Part shown: positions 11,130-25,126 of the stretch, piece by piece | Layout of the letters: every line of letters starts with the position of its first letter | How positions within the stretch are numbered: position 1 is the stretch's first letter | NCBI GenBank assembly: GCA_040954595.2 | Contig: CM082580.2 | Coordinates: 236,683 to 300,682, forward strand | DNA length: 64,000 bases | Direction: 5' to 3' | DNA from: Balanoglossus misakiensis | Lineage: Eukaryota; Animalia; Hemichordata | Notes under the pieces: generated by a model | The model's input: the letters and a program-made list of their open reading frames with translations, nothing else | Database searches by the model: none | Told to the model about the DNA's origin: nothing | Translations under genes and position numbers: made by a program

Positions 11130-13466
11130 TTTTTAGCTCACCTGAAAATCACGTGAGCTTATAGTTTAGCGATGTCTGTGTATGTGTGTGTCTGTCTGTA
11201 TACCCGATATCTCAAGAACCGCTGAACCGATTTCAACCAAATTTAGTACACAGGTTCAGATATCATATGGCAAGAACTGAAAAGGTTTTGGTGGGTGTGG
11301 CTTTGACATTAATGAAGTTATTAAAGTTTTAATTTTTCTATTACATGGTTGTCTATGAGAGCTTTCGTTAATGCTGCATATATGACCAGTGGAAACGATA
11401 GTTTGAGGAGATCGACTGTTTGAGGGCGCTGTGAAATGAGACATTCCTGGCGATATTGCCGTGGTTCTGTCCATGCTCAGACGCTGTACCCGTCGTTACG
11501 AATAACTTCCCTACGTGAATCCACAAGGAAGCTAACGTTGTTTAGTTGCTTCATAGAGCGTAAATTGTTAATCTACAGGACCGTCAGACGAATACTCTTT
11601 TCAAATGAAGTTTGAAACTACTTACGAGTAAGTTAGTGGAGACAATATGGCGGATAGTTGGCGTGCAGCCGAATCCGCGTTATGACTATGACGTGACCCA
11701 TTCATCAAGACAAACCGTAAATGATTCACGCATATTGTGGTCCTCACGCAGTCAATCTCAAAATGTCACCAGGCTTTCTATTTGTCTATTGTTCAGAGAA
11801 AAATAACATGGCGGTTGATCACACTCAACAGTAAAATCCGTTTTGTGTGTTTATAGACAGTCTGTTATCGCCAATACTATATAGCGATTGCTAGATGGCC
11901 TACCCAATATGTGATCGAGCGAGAATGATAACATTGAATGTCTGTTCAGATCTCATTCCGTATGTCATACGTCAACATTTCGATTTCGATTTAATCCATT
12001 CATAAAGAATTTAGAGAAAGTCGTCTTGAATTGTGACCCCGACTATCAATTAGTTTACGATGATTTTTTGGCGACGGAATACACGAGACGCCATTGCATA
12101 ACTACGTCAGCTGGACTTCCAAGGTTACCATTTTGTGTGTATGGAATCTTATCACAGAGCCTACGTACTTTGACAATATGCCATGCTATATCAATGACGC
12201 CCCAGAAAATTTGTCAAAAAATGAATTTGTCTTCTCATGGTGGTGCAATATATTTTAATGTCTATTTTGAGGTTGATTTTGGTTTTTGGCTAACATGTAT
12301 ATAAATGTCAGCTTATAGCATAAGTTGGTGTCCGTCGGCTATGTATGTCTGTATGTGTGCCTCATACAGAATTATGTATTTTGTGAATGGATTAGTTTCG
12401 TCTTAATGTATTGATGTATGTATGTGTATGTCCATCAACTTCAAAAACTTGAAACTACTGATATTTAGTGTGTACATAGAAATTGTTATTGCGAAAAAAT
12501 GCATACTGGTATTAACTGGAAAAATGTTCAAATAGTCAAAATTGAAAAACTTAATAACAGCGGATCAGATTAAGTTAAAAATTGGCGTGCATTGGTGTGC
12601 AAGTACTTTGGGAAGACCTCGTATGATTTTGTTCAGGTGGAGTCAGTATCTGGCGTTTCCTATTTTTTATGAATTTTTTGGGGAATTTTCTGCAGTTTTG
12701 TTAAAAAAAATTTTTCTCTGAAATTACATGTCCAATTGATTGGAAACTTGGTATGGAGGTTCATAGGGCTTACCTGAATCACATTTGTGCAAACGGTGGT
12801 GAAATTTGCAAAAATGCATTTTTGGGCAATATTTCCTGTTTTTGCCAAAAAATCCAATCCTGTGAAATGTAGGTGCAATTGTTTTGATACTTTGTATTTG
12901 GGTTTCTAGGGGTGATCTCAGTCAGATATGATCAAATTGTAATGAAATTTGCATAATTGTATTTTTTGGGAATTTCTGCAGGGTTTGGCCAAATAGTCTT
13001 CGGTAATACCACAAGTCCAATTGGTTGGAAACTTTGAATGGGAATTCATATATGTGATATCAGTCAGATTTGTCTGAATTTCCTGTTGTTTGCCAAAATG
13101 TCTTCCTTATTGAAACTTGTTAAAGAGGTTCTTAGGCATGAACAGAAATCAGATTTGTTGAAATCTGGTGAAATATTCATACTTTTTGGTATATTTCTTG
13201 CCATTTTTGATCAAAGAGTTTTAGAATTCCATAGACTTATTATTTTTATGCAGTTCAGGATGGGGTACATGACTCATAACCCCTTACAAAAATTGACAAG
13301 GCAACAATTCCACAAACATGTTTACATTTCACAATGGTGCAACACACAACCCTTACACCATATACACTATAAACCAAAATGGTTTAAAACTGGTTTTTCT
13401 AATCTTGTTATTCTGTCAACCAATCACAGTACTGCACGTGAGCATATTCAGTTAATATCTGGTTCC
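11130..13466 (+). mobile_element. HINE/Helentron-type non-autonomous element with nested fragments
   Basis: 5' 'tttttagctcacctgaaaatcacgtgagct', (GTCT/GT)n microsatellite, degenerate 'gaaatttg' core repeats, 3' 'gtgagcatattcagttaatatctggtt'. Confidence 0.6.
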
Positions 13467-13725
13467 TGATTGCTTTGGAAGTTAGTTAACAATTTCATAA
13501 CACATGTACATGTATGTGCAACTTTGATTAAATTCTGGTTGTCAATATTTAGGTAGTTTGTTGTAAATTTCTTTGTTTTTGGATAGCAAATCTTTTTAAC
13601 CAATTGCTCAGTTTCTTTGAAAGTTACTGTTAACAAGGAGAGTTAGTACACCCAACTTAGACTTTTACACCCAACTTAGAGCTACTATGACTGGTTACTA
13701 ACTTCTATATCTATTTGATTCACAG

Positions 13726-13800
13726 ATGCTGCCTGAAATTGTCTGCATTTCAACTCGGGATTCTCTTCCTCGTCTGGGGCGAGTTTAAGACCGCTCAATG
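13726..13800 (+). ncRNA. Exon A' (duplicate of 4232-4306)
   Basis: Same branch site, acceptor and GTAAGC donor. Confidence 0.5.
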
Positions 13801-14977
13801 GTAAGCATGACTTGCTGTATATTTGCTTTTATCGGGCGTGGCACAACCGAAACAATAGGAAACAATGTATGTCTACGAACTAATTTACACCTTCCAGTTA
13901 TCAATACTTTTTTCCTTCGAATTCTAGCCTCGATTGCCTGTGATATGATCGTGATGACATGAATTAAATGGTCAAGTTCAAATCTTCATGTGAAGCATAA
14001 ATTAAATTTGGATGCATTTCCTTAACCATATAGCTAGAAATTACTCCCATACCAATACACGGGGAGATACCGTAATTTTGGCTGAAAGTGTGCTAGTCCA
14101 ACACTATGCTTCATCAAACTGGCTAAGAGATCTATTATTATATATAGACACATGAAGGAAAGTAATGTTGTTTATAGTGAAATAAAACAATACCTTAGGC
14201 CACAAAGAAAAATATAGATCACGACACAAACAGGCTGGAGTTTTTTTCAAAAATGTGTGCATAAGATCATATTGGCCCATGGTAATCAAAGCCAAAGCAG
14301 CCCAGTTCCAAATTCGAAACTCAGCTCAGTACCAGAAACTTGCTCAAAGCTACCAAATGCACAGAAAGTTTTGAGAATCTAGATGAAAAATCACCAAGCG
14401 ACTAGTGCGCTTGTCTATGTTCAATGTGTCTTCCCTGGTAACAACATGTACTTCTGCCACCATGCCATGAGATATACTGACAGCCACGTTTGAAACATTT
14501 TAGTATACTGATATTCAAAGTTTAAATGTACAGGCTTACTTTTCTATAGTAAAATAAATGTTTTATAATTGCCAACAATTTACATTCTTGCGCTAATCAG
14601 TTGTATGAAAAGTGAGGTGGATCAAATGTAAGTTTCATTTTCACAACAAACATTAAGAAATCATTGTACAGTGTTACGTAGATGTCAAAGTGTGTGTACA
14701 CCTGTCGTTTACAGATATGATGTCAGTTTCACTTGTCACCTAACTGCCATGTTTGTGGTATACCCATGTGGACCACTTTACTGCAGTACTGATGTAAATG
14801 GAGTTTCAAGATCGCTGTTACAGATTTCTCTGATTCGTATTCCACGTACATTATCGCAGCACAGTCTGACCCTATATTATACCATGTTTTGCATATTTTC
14901 ACTAATTAGTATGGCCCAAATAATTCTAAAGCAAGGTTGATTGGTTACTAATTGATAAGCATATATTTGATTCACAG

Positions 14978-15050
14978 TCTTAAACACAGCATTTCAACGT
15001 ATGCCGGAGGAGGAAGAGAATACCTAGGCCTGATCCAAGACCGCTTTCCG
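14978..15050 (+). ncRNA. Exon B' (duplicate of 5234-5306)
   Basis: Same acceptor and donor, 1 substitution inside the exon. Confidence 0.5.
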
Positions 15051-15481
15051 GTAAGCACAACTTGCTGTATACATGCTCCATAGCTTGTTTGTAAAGGCTA
15101 CCTTTTCCCATCAAATAGTGAAGTCGCCCTTTCAAAATTATGGTGGTGGTAAGCCACAACTGGTTATCATGGAGAGCCCCATATAAACTTACCAGCCCAC
15201 GCTAGCCATGACTTTACAAATGTTTCCGTCATACTATGCAGAAAATTCTGGCTGCCTTAAATAGGTTTTCACTTTGCGCTAGGGGGTCAAATCACATTGC
15301 ATTCTGGGCGAAAAGTCTACAACCCACTGTAGTAAGAGGTGGAAGAAATGATACATTTTGTGTATTTCATGCTTTGGTCAAACATGTCTGTCTCCGTAGT
15401 TAGCATATTAAACTCATTAAATGTTTTTCACATTTTGTTATTTTGTCTGTTATGACCCATTATCACTTTAGCTTTAGCTTA

Positions 15482-16270
15482 GGCTCCATTCACAAACACC
15501 TCTGGATGGGGGGGGGGAGAATTCAATTTTTTTACTGCTAATTTTCACATGCCCCCCCCCTGTACACAACCCGAAATATTTTCAAATCCCCCACCCCCTT
15601 CTGAACTGCCAAAATTTTAAAATCCCCCCCCCCCCCATTTTCTTTCACAGAGCAAAACACATCACTTATCTATCTTGTAAAAAAGAAAAACAGCGCTCCC
15701 ATGAAAAGACTTTGAAACTGATGTTTCCCCTCATCAGTGGGTATTAAAACTGAACATGGTTTTTATTTTTTAAGTATTTGTATTCTGTGTTGGGAGACAT
15801 TGTAAACCGGGAATTGAAGGGGGTGGGTGTGGGAAGGGGTGTCCCCCTCCCACGTAAGAAAATTTTATAAAATACAGAGCTCAAAGCTGCATTTTTATGA
15901 ACCCGGCAAAAGCAAATTAACTCAACTACCAGTATGTTGGGGAGGATAAATTTAACCGTCGCCGCTCAAAGTTATCATGGGGTGGGGGCAAGTCCCCTGA
16001 CATGGGACACTAGATAAACCAGTTAATGATTGAAAGGTGTTGATGAATGGAGGGGGGTGGGTGTGGGAAGGGGTGTAAAATAAAGGGCGCGAAACTGCAT
16101 TTTTGTGGACTCAAAATAAATATTTAGTCGTCAAAGTTTTCAAGTCCCCCCTTTCAGTCCCTAAATTATTTCAAATCCCCCCTTACATACCTTCAATTTT
16201 TTCAAATCCCCCCCCCCCCCGCTCAATTCTCCTGCCCCCCCCCTCTCCAGAGGTGTTTGTGAATGCAGCC
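15482..16270. mobile_element. PIF/Harbinger-like MITE (GGC...GCC, TTA TSD)
   Basis: TIRs ggctccattcacaaacacctctgga / tccagaggtgtttgtgaatgcagcc, TTA on both sides. Empty site 'tagcTTAtgaactcc' at ~5956-5970. Confidence 0.9.
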
Positions 16271-19200
16271 TTATGAACTCCCATTTCTTTAACATGGCAA
16301 AAATCGGCCATCAATTGTCGACCATATGAGATTTTCATCACTCACTTAGGGTAGCTTAAGGGAGAATTGTATAGGCATGACTCGGGCTGTAAATTTGATG
16401 AAATAGCTACATGCCTATTGTTAACAAGCAGCTGACTGTACTGAAAGAATGGAAGTGTTGTGTACCTATTTTACATATTCAATATTTGTAATTAGACCAT
16501 GTCATGTATATCTTGGGGATTGCTCGATCGCAATGTCTCTGCTGGTACAATGTCCTTTTAACTTGTACAGTAATATGGTAGTGATTGTAAGTTTGTGTAC
16601 GGCATTTGTAAGTTATTTTCAATTTATAATTTTTTTGTAAGTTTCTTCATTCTCAAATTGCTTGCCTAACGTACTGCTTTAAAATTTAAATTTTGGTATG
16701 ATTTTGAGTAGACTTTTGTTTCAAAATTATTTTCGACACTTGACATTTTTGGGTGATATGATTTTACATGGAAAATCTGATTTCCCTGTAATTCGGTTGA
16801 CAGGATTTTCACAATATCTCTAAATCATGAAGTACATGTATCAGAATTGCATCAGGTCCCCAAAATTCTAGTCGCCCTTGGCAAGTAATATTAGCCATTG
16901 TTGTCCAAGGACGTTGAAGGTACAATTGGTTTTTAAACTTACTATGTAGGCATTTTATCAGAATTATTAGGTCCCATTTGGTGCAGGTATATGTATTTAT
17001 ACCATGGGACCTTATGGGATCAGTTGCACCTGTATATATGGATGTCTGTATGGATGTTTGTCTGTATGTCTATCAATATCAAACACTTGGAAACCACTGG
17101 CATGTGACCTCGATATTTAGTGTGGAGATGCAGGCAGGGCATTAAGTGGGAGTTGTCAAAATGAAGTTGTCATTGCCAAAATATGCAAATTAGCTGGGAA
17201 AGTGTCAAATTCGTCCAAACTCGGGAACTCGACAACTACTGAGCAAATTGCTTTCAAAATTGAAAATTGGTATTCCTGTAAGTTATGTTAACCTCACACA
17301 GTTCTATATGTCGTGAGCTAATGTGAATTTTCGATTTTTTATGTATTTTTTGTCTCTTTCCACATTATCGGTAGAAAATCTGCTTTTCTGGAATTGATCA
17401 GCTGACTTATTTGAAATTTAGTATGAAGCTTCATAGGTGATCTGAGTTATCATAGTTTTGTAAGGTCCCATTTGCTTTACCATGGGACCTTATGATATCG
17501 GTGGATGTATGTATGTATGTCTGTATGTCCGTCCACATCACAAACTTGAAAACCGCTGGGCATATGACCTCGATATTTGGTGTGTAGATGCAGGCCAGGC
17601 TGAAGATTGGAGTTTGTTCAAATGAAGCTGTCATTGCCAAAAATATGCAAATTAGCTAGGAAAATGTGAAATTGGTCAAAACTCAAACTCAACAACCACT
17701 GGTCACATTCATTTGAAAATCAGTATGCATGTACCTTATGTCTACCTCAAACAGTCCTGTATGTTTTGAGCTAATATTATCGATTTTTAATTTTTTATGC
17801 CAAAAATCTTTTATGCATTTTTTGTATTATTCCACATTATTGGTAAAGAAATCATCATTTCTTAAAGTTATAGGCCTCATTCTTTGAATTTTAGTATGAA
17901 GCTTCTAATGGTTGTCTGAGTAACCAAAGTTTTGTTCAAATTGTTGAAAAATTTGCATATTTTAATTTTGAGCAATTTTTGCCACTTTTGGTCATTTTTT
18001 TTTCTTTAAAACTGCATGCCAGATTGATTTGGTAGGCATATTCCTAAGGGTAAACTGAGTAAGATGTTGTAAAAATGTTTTAGTATATATTGTGTTATTG
18101 GGGAAGGGGGGGGGGGGGTTACTCAAACATTTATAACACCCAGCAACTTTTGGTACTGGCAGGGTTTGTCCTCCAATGATTTCAACATCCTGCTAGGAAT
18201 ACAACCTCTCCTCAACTTTATAAATATAGGGCATGACATTGCAGGTTTTTTGAGAACGCTGTTTAAAATAACCCTCATCAAGCCTGTTAACTTATTTAGA
18301 CAGACTATTATCCAGAATGAAACGAAACATGGATGCAATAAAAAGATCTTGTGCAATAAAAACCAAGTTGATCATAACAATTATTTGCTAAGTACAACAT
18401 GTACATCACTAATAGAAGTTATGGCTATAAGCATAAACCTGTTTGTTTTGCTATCTTCACTATTCATATTATCTGACTATATTAATACATTTGCAAGCAT
18501 ACTGTTTCAGACATAGCGAATTTGATAAACATCTACAAATATATTTTTACCTGTTGAAGTTATCAAAATCCAGACACTTGACAAAAGGACATTTTTCATC
18601 CCCTCTATAGATTGATAGTCTAACATAGCAGGCAATCTGTTTTTAACAACTGCAGAAGCCTTCATAAAAAGTTGTTGGCCAGAATGAAAGCTTAGGGGGA
18701 CGTAGGATTTCCTACTTTTTAGGTTATTTTTTCTATGGCCCCAAAAAGCTATGACAAAAAATTGATGACCCCCTTGGAATTTATAATTCCCCCCCCCCTA
18801 TCATACCCTGTCCATATTCTTATAAATGTCAATAAATGCCATACAGTCCTGTATGTTTTGTTTTGAGCTAATATTATGAATTTTCTATTTTTATTGTTTT
18901 GTCTTTTACTGCATTATTGGTAAAGAAAAATCTTCCTTTCTGAAAGCCATAGTTTTTGTCCAAATTGCAAATTGTTGTGAAATTGGTATATTTATAATTT
19001 TGAGCAATTTTGTAATTTTTGCTCAGAATGCAGATTCCTAGGGGGGTAACCCAAGTAAGGTGTTGTAAAAGAATTGTTTAAAAAATAAAAATATATTTGT
19101 AGATGGTTATCAAATTCGCTGTGTCTGAAAGCGCTTGTCAGATTGCTTTGAACTTTGACAGGAATGTTCCTTGTAGTGATTTAAGTAAGATGGTGTACAA

Positions 19201-19552
19201 TTATAGTGATTTTTGCATATTTGTGTTTTTGCCACTTTTGAACAAATGTAGTTTTGTTTAACCCCCATCTTACCCTATCCATATTCAAATAAATATGAAA
19301 AGAAATTTCTCACAGATATTATTTACTTTGATAATACTATCATTTGTGCAACAACTAATCAATCAAACAGTCAATAATCATAAATTGGGAGTTCAAAAAT
19401 ATCTATAAGGGAGATTTAAAACCCCGTTAGCAACAACTGTTTGCCATGTTTTCAGTATTAATGTTTTGTGTAGCTTCTGCAGTTTTTAGGTCCCATATGG
19501 TATGTACCATGGGCCTTATGGAATCAGTTGTGTCTGTATTTATGTATGGATG

Positions 19553-19754
19553 TACTGTATTTTCGCGAGTTAAATTTTTCGCGATATCGAGAGAGGCCAC
19601 TGTTTCGCGAGTATTAATTTTCGCGTTCTCTTATTTCATTCACTGCATCGTTATCTTCAAAAACAATTTACGCGACTTTTTATTTTCACGTTATTTTGGC
19701 TCTCGCGTATTTGGCGAAAATTAATTGCTCGCGAAAATAAAGTGTTTTACAGTA
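19553..19754. mobile_element. ~200-bp TA-flanked MITE family (TACTGTAAAAC...GTTTTACAGTA, 'tttcgcg' internal motifs)
   Basis: Related copies at ~41870-42067, 44675-44884, 45112-45305, 45355-45563 and 50853-51046. TA ends suggest Tc1/mariner type. Confidence 0.75.
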
Positions 19755-21449
19755 TGTCTGTCTGTTTGTATGGATGTATGTCTGTATGTCCGTCCACATC
19801 TAAAACTTGAAAACCGTTGTGCATATCACCTCGATATTTGGTGTGCAGATGCAGGCTGGGCTGTAGATTGGAGTTTGTTAACATGAAAATGTCATTACCA
19901 AATATATGCAAATTAGCTGGAAAATGTGAAATTGGTCAAAACTCGCAAAATTCAACAACTGCTGGTCAGATTGATTTGGAAATTGGTATGCAAGTACCTT
20001 ATGCCTACCTCATACAGTCCTGTATGTTTTGAGCTAATTTTGATTTTCTATTTTTGATGCATTTGTTTGTATTTTTCAACATTATTGGTAAAAAATCTTC
20101 ATATGAATCTAAAATTACCGTCGAATCATCCAGTGTGAGTTAGCACTGTAATTAGCAAAAGTTATAAATCCACAGTTACCCAGCAAATTTGATATAATGC
20201 TTCACATAGGTATTGGTTTTGAACATCCTTCAGAAAGGGTATGAATATTTTAAAATTTTTACTGTTGCAACCCAGACTAGTTTATTTCTGAATAAACAGA
20301 GAAATGACAACCGGATAGATTATTCTTCTGTACTAAAGACATATGCAGACACAAGAAATAGTCTGAACATTTTCAGTACATTACTAAAACAGTGTAGGTA
20401 CATTGTACTATAAACTGAGGAAGATTAGTGACTATTGTTTGCCAAAAATGGTCCCAAGTCATTTCTCAAGCATAGCAGAATAGTAGCTTTGAGTAGCAAA
20501 GTGTGATGATTTAAAATGTAAAAAGACAACACCAATCTTTAGCTCTGCTCTCAGCACTGCAAAAGTTATCTGACAGGTAGATAGATGTTCAGTCATCCTA
20601 TGTCTGTCAACATTTTTCTTTTCTGAAATCACTGGCGCAAGTGCTTTTAAAATTGGTGTGCAGGTTTCTTGGGGTGGCGAAGTAATGTGTGTTCAAATTG
20701 TGTTGAATTCTGCATATTTGTAGTTTGGAACAAGTTTTTTGCTGTTTTTGGAAGAAAAAAGCTAAGCTCGTAGATTACTTTGACTATGCAGGTTTCTAGG
20801 TATGACACAAGTTGTTTCTTCAAAATATGGTGAAATTTGCATATTTGGGGGGAAATTTTCTCTGAAATTTAGTATTGATCTCCCTGAGGTATGTGACATA
20901 ATCTGTAATTTTGTATTTTGGAGACAGTTGCCTTTTTGTACAAACAAAAAATCTTGTCAGAATATGCATGTCTGATTGCCATGTCCACAGGGGTGATCTA
21001 CTTTTATTTACATTATAACCGAATCTGTAAAGTTTTCATAATGATCTTTAAAATAGGTACGTCTAATTGTTTTGATCTTTGGTATGAATTGTCCCTTGGT
21101 GATCTTAGTCAATGCTTTTGAAATTCCGCTGAATATTGCATTATTATTTTGTCTGAGTCTGAAGAGTAGTCATCATCTCTGAAACCCCTTGACCTAAGTC
21201 AGGTGTCAAATAGTACAATTTGCAGATTTGTTGCATTGGAGATATTGTTGCAGTTTTTGAAATTCAAGATGGCTGCCAATGTCTGTGTTAACTCTATGGA
21301 AAAACATTTATGTAAATACTTTTCTGAAAACAAGGCGGTGAACATCACATTTTTGTTTACAAACAGTAATAGAAATAGCTATCATTGTTTCTGAAAATCC
21401 TAACTTGTAGGATTCTTTTTCAGTCTCTGGCATCAGCAGAGACAATTAA

Positions 21450-22182
21450 GGTGGCATTGCATGAAAAGTTGTGATTTTTGCCAAATTTTACTTTTTTACA
21501 TAAATCGGTAGGCCTAATACTCACCCACATCCTGACTAATACGTCTTGGCGGAAATGGTGCACAATCACCCCCAAATAGCACTTTTCTGAATGAGTTCAC
21601 AGCTTAACAAATAGGTGTCAACAATGCAAATGGCCGTTTTTCTCGGTTTGCATTTTCGCTGCTTTTGACAACTTCGGACTAAAATAGCTTCGCCCTGCAT
21701 TGGCCGAATTTGCTCAAATTTTGACAGGGAATTGTGTATGACCCATCCAACAAAACGCTAGTTTTGTATGTCGATAAAGTGTCCCTGGCGGGAATAAACT
21801 CTGATTCAATACAACTCACCGTGAATTTGATCAAATTTTCAGAAAATCTAACTTTCAAACGCTGTTACTCCTCAATGGAAGCAGATAACGCAAAACAAAA
21901 TTAGCGTTTTTTTGCACGTGTACTTTAGTTTCGAATGACATATTAAGATGCATGATGCATGGTCAACTTTTTTACCTATTTTAAATTTCATGACATAATA
22001 TCAAAAAATGGGTTTTTTCGCCCAAAATCGCCACCATTTCCGGGGATCAATAATATTTGCAACTCAAACAAAAGTTCAAAATCTCAGCTTCCAGAATATA
22101 TATGGTTTATGGGGGTTTAAACTTTGTCTTTGATGAGAAATAGGCCTCTGAAAAAGTCTCGACGGTTTCATGCAGTGCCACC
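21450..22182. mobile_element. Kolobok-like non-autonomous element (GGTGGCA...TGCCACC, TTAA TSD)
   Basis: TIRs ggtggcattgcatgaaa / tttcatgcagtgccacc. TTAA at 21446-21449 and 22183-22186. Confidence 0.85.
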
Positions 22183-22527
22183 TTAAACAACTCTATAAAA
22201 AGTCTTATTGCTTAGTACTGGCACGAGGTGGTAAAAAGATGTGCAGCTTTTGACTTATTACAGGCTTACACTTTGTTAGTAATATGAGTCCCTATTGGTA
22301 TTGTGCTGGGTTTTTAGGAGCTTGGGCCCCATTCCCTGGATATTTTTTACACCTTGCTCTGAAAACCTGCCACACCTATGCTTCTTGAATTTGTCACAGT
22401 TGTCCTTGCCAATGAGTGTGCACCTTGAAATTCAAATCAGTCATTTGACCTGGCAGCCATATTCAGTTGAAATTGTTAAATAAATGCAAATTAGCTGGGA
22501 AAATTTGAAATTGGTCAAAACCACTGG

Positions 22528-24014
22528 TCAGATTGATTTGACAATTGGTATGCAAGTACCTTATGTCAACCACATACAGTCCTGTATTTTGAATAGTTTG
22601 AATGTTCTATTTTTATGCATTTTTTGCCTTTTTCCTCATTTTTGGTAAAACATCTACTTTTCTAAAATTGATGAGACGACTTCTTTGAAATTTAGTATGA
22701 AGCTTCATATAGGTGATATGAGTTAGCATACTTTTGTTAAAATGTTGCAAAATTTGCATATTCATAATTTTGGAGCAATTTCGGCCGTTTTTGAATTTTT
22801 TTTTTAAACCGGTTGTTACATTGCTTTGAAATTTGTTAGTCATATTAGGGGTAGCCCAAGTAAGATTTGCATGTATGTTTTTCAAATCAACTTGATGAAT
22901 TGAATAGTATATTTTTGGGATGATTTTTGCCATTTTTGGTCAAAACTCTTCTCAGAACCCCCCACAGTACGTGAAATATCCCATGAATCACTCTGGTTTG
23001 TACAACCAGAGATTACTCGGTCAAACCAGGCAAAGTTCACATGTGTAGAGAAAATTGTAGACCACTAATACAAATTTTGAGAGCATGCTTTAAAGGCGAA
23101 TCTTATTGTCAATTACCATTTCAAATGATAAACAAAATCATGCATTATTGAAAGAGGAGATACAAATTTTATAAAATAAGCAATTGCATAGCCAGCCGAT
23201 ACAAAAAAGTTTGAAGTAAAACAGGGACACTTGAAACACTTGTTTAATCAAACAAAACAATATTGATTTTTTTCTATAGACAGAACAATGGAAATTTACA
23301 TGTTGACTTTCAACAGAGACTGGCCACCTCAGTTAGTCATTGCTTCTTTCCTCCTAAGTGTGACATTTGACGTACATGAATGAATACTTTGATTTCTATG
23401 GCTTTTAAATCTTGATTTTGAAATTTTCACTCTAATTCCTCAACATACTTTTTCTAGATAAATCTTAATACAGTTATATGTACTTCATATCATTGTTAGT
23501 ATCTAAAACAGAAAGTAATTAAATGGACAATCTCGATGATACAAATCATGGAGAGTTGTGGGTAAAATATCGTACTGTGCCCCCTTTACCCCCACTGCTT
23601 TGAAATTTGATTTGAAGGTTTCAGGGTTTGTTCTCATGATAATTTACAGATTGATTTGACAATTGGTATGCAAGTACCTTATGTCAACCACATACAATCC
23701 TGTATTTTTTTAACTAATAGTTTGAATGTTCTATTTTATGCATTTTTTGCCTTTTTCCTCATTTGTAGTAAAAAAAATTTAGTATGAAGCTTCATGTAGG
23801 TGATATGAGTTACAATACTTTTGTTGAAATGTTGCAAAATTTGCATATTGATAATTTTGGAGCAATTTCAGCCTTGTTTAATTAATTTTTTTTCTCTAAA
23901 ACCGCTTGTTCCATTGCTTTAAAATTTGTCAGTCATGTTAGGGGTAGCTCAAGTAAGATTTGCATGTATGTTTTTCAAATCAACTTGATGAATTGAATAG
24001 TATATTTTTGGGGG
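22528..24014 (+). repeat. Local direct duplication of a HINE core (~22528-22920 and ~23648-24014)
   Basis: Near-identical text from 'cagattgatttgacaattggtatgcaagtacc' to 'gaatagtatattttttggg'. Confidence 0.75.
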
Positions 24015-24311
24015 ATCAAATCAAATCAAATCAAAGCAAACATTTATAAAGCGCCAGAATCAATAACAATGTTATTTCCAAAGGCGCTGAAAGTATAACA
24101 TCAGTGTTCGTAGGCTTTGACAAATAGAAATGTCTTGAGTTTTTGTTTGAAAATGTTGAGACTAGAAGCCTGTTGAATGTCAGATGGCAGAGAATTCCAA
24201 AGTTGTGGCGCGACAAGGGAAAAGGCACATCCACCATATGTTTTGAGTCTGTACTTTGGTACACACAACTGGTTCCTTGAGCTGGAGCGCAGAGCCCGAC
24301 TAGGCTTATAT
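24015..24311 (-). mobile_element. 5'-truncated L2/CR1-group LINE 3' end
   Basis: C-terminus YKPSRALRSS...AFSLVAPQLWNSLP..I....SL..FK.KLKT.LF, a 3' UTR 'agcgcc...ggcgct' stem and a (TTTGA)n tail. Confidence 0.88.
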
Positions 24312-25053
24312 GATTTTTGATTTGATTTGGTTTCAGGGTGATTTCTCATGATGATTTACAAAACCTATGACTGATTACTTTGAAATTTGAGTAGGAAGTT
24401 AATTGGATGTGTTTGTTTAGATAATGGAATCAAATAAAGTTATTCATTTTTCACCTTCATTCTTCACCTCATTTCATTTATTGGCTGGTTTGTCTATTGT
24501 ATCAGGGAAGAGTACTTGCCATCCCACCCCACCGATGCAAACTTTGAGTGGCAAAAGTAAAATTTGTCGTAACATTGAGTTAATTTGCTTTTGGGCTCAC
24601 TAAAATGCAACTTTGAGCTCTGTATTTGTACAAAATTTTCATTAATTGGCTGGTTTGTCTATTGTACCAGGCCAGCATACATAAGATCAAGATGTTTTCG
24701 GGGCTGGGGGGGGCATCATATTTTATTGCCTCTCTATGTGTGTGTCTGTCTGTCTGTACTCCTGTGTAGACTTTTTCTAGTGTAATCACTAAATGAGACC
24801 ACAGTGTCCTTGACGCTATTTTTTGCGATTTTCAATGACCCTGGGCTAACCTTTGACCAGCTTTCATATATCTTGGTATTCACAGCAGAATACAGCCTTG
24901 GCATACCCTGGTAACCATGGGAACCGTTTGGGCCCAACCAATGGTGCTGGCAGCGTTAATTTTTAAATGATTTCTTCTTGTCGTTTTCTTTATCAATATG
25001 ATGACTTGACCTAATCAGATTATTAAAATAATTTCATTCTTTTTTTACATTAG

Positions 25054-25126
25054 GTTCTTTGGTAACACTGCTGCTGGAGGGAGTGTAATATTTGTAACGA
25101 CGTCGCCACCTAATACTGTACTGGAG
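25054..25126 (+). ncRNA. Candidate 73-nt exon whose 3' part seeds the minisatellite
   Basis: Polypyrimidine tract plus tAG acceptor (25052-25053) and GAG|GTATGA donor. A paralogous acceptor region lies at ~25870-25975. Confidence 0.4.

Larger units (their letters stand above)
13679..19250 (+). repeat. Segmental duplication, copy 2
   Basis: Matches 4184-11070. It lacks the Kolobok MITE and the hAT, and carries its own Harbinger MITE plus ~620 bp extra at ~14245-14865. Confidence 0.85.
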
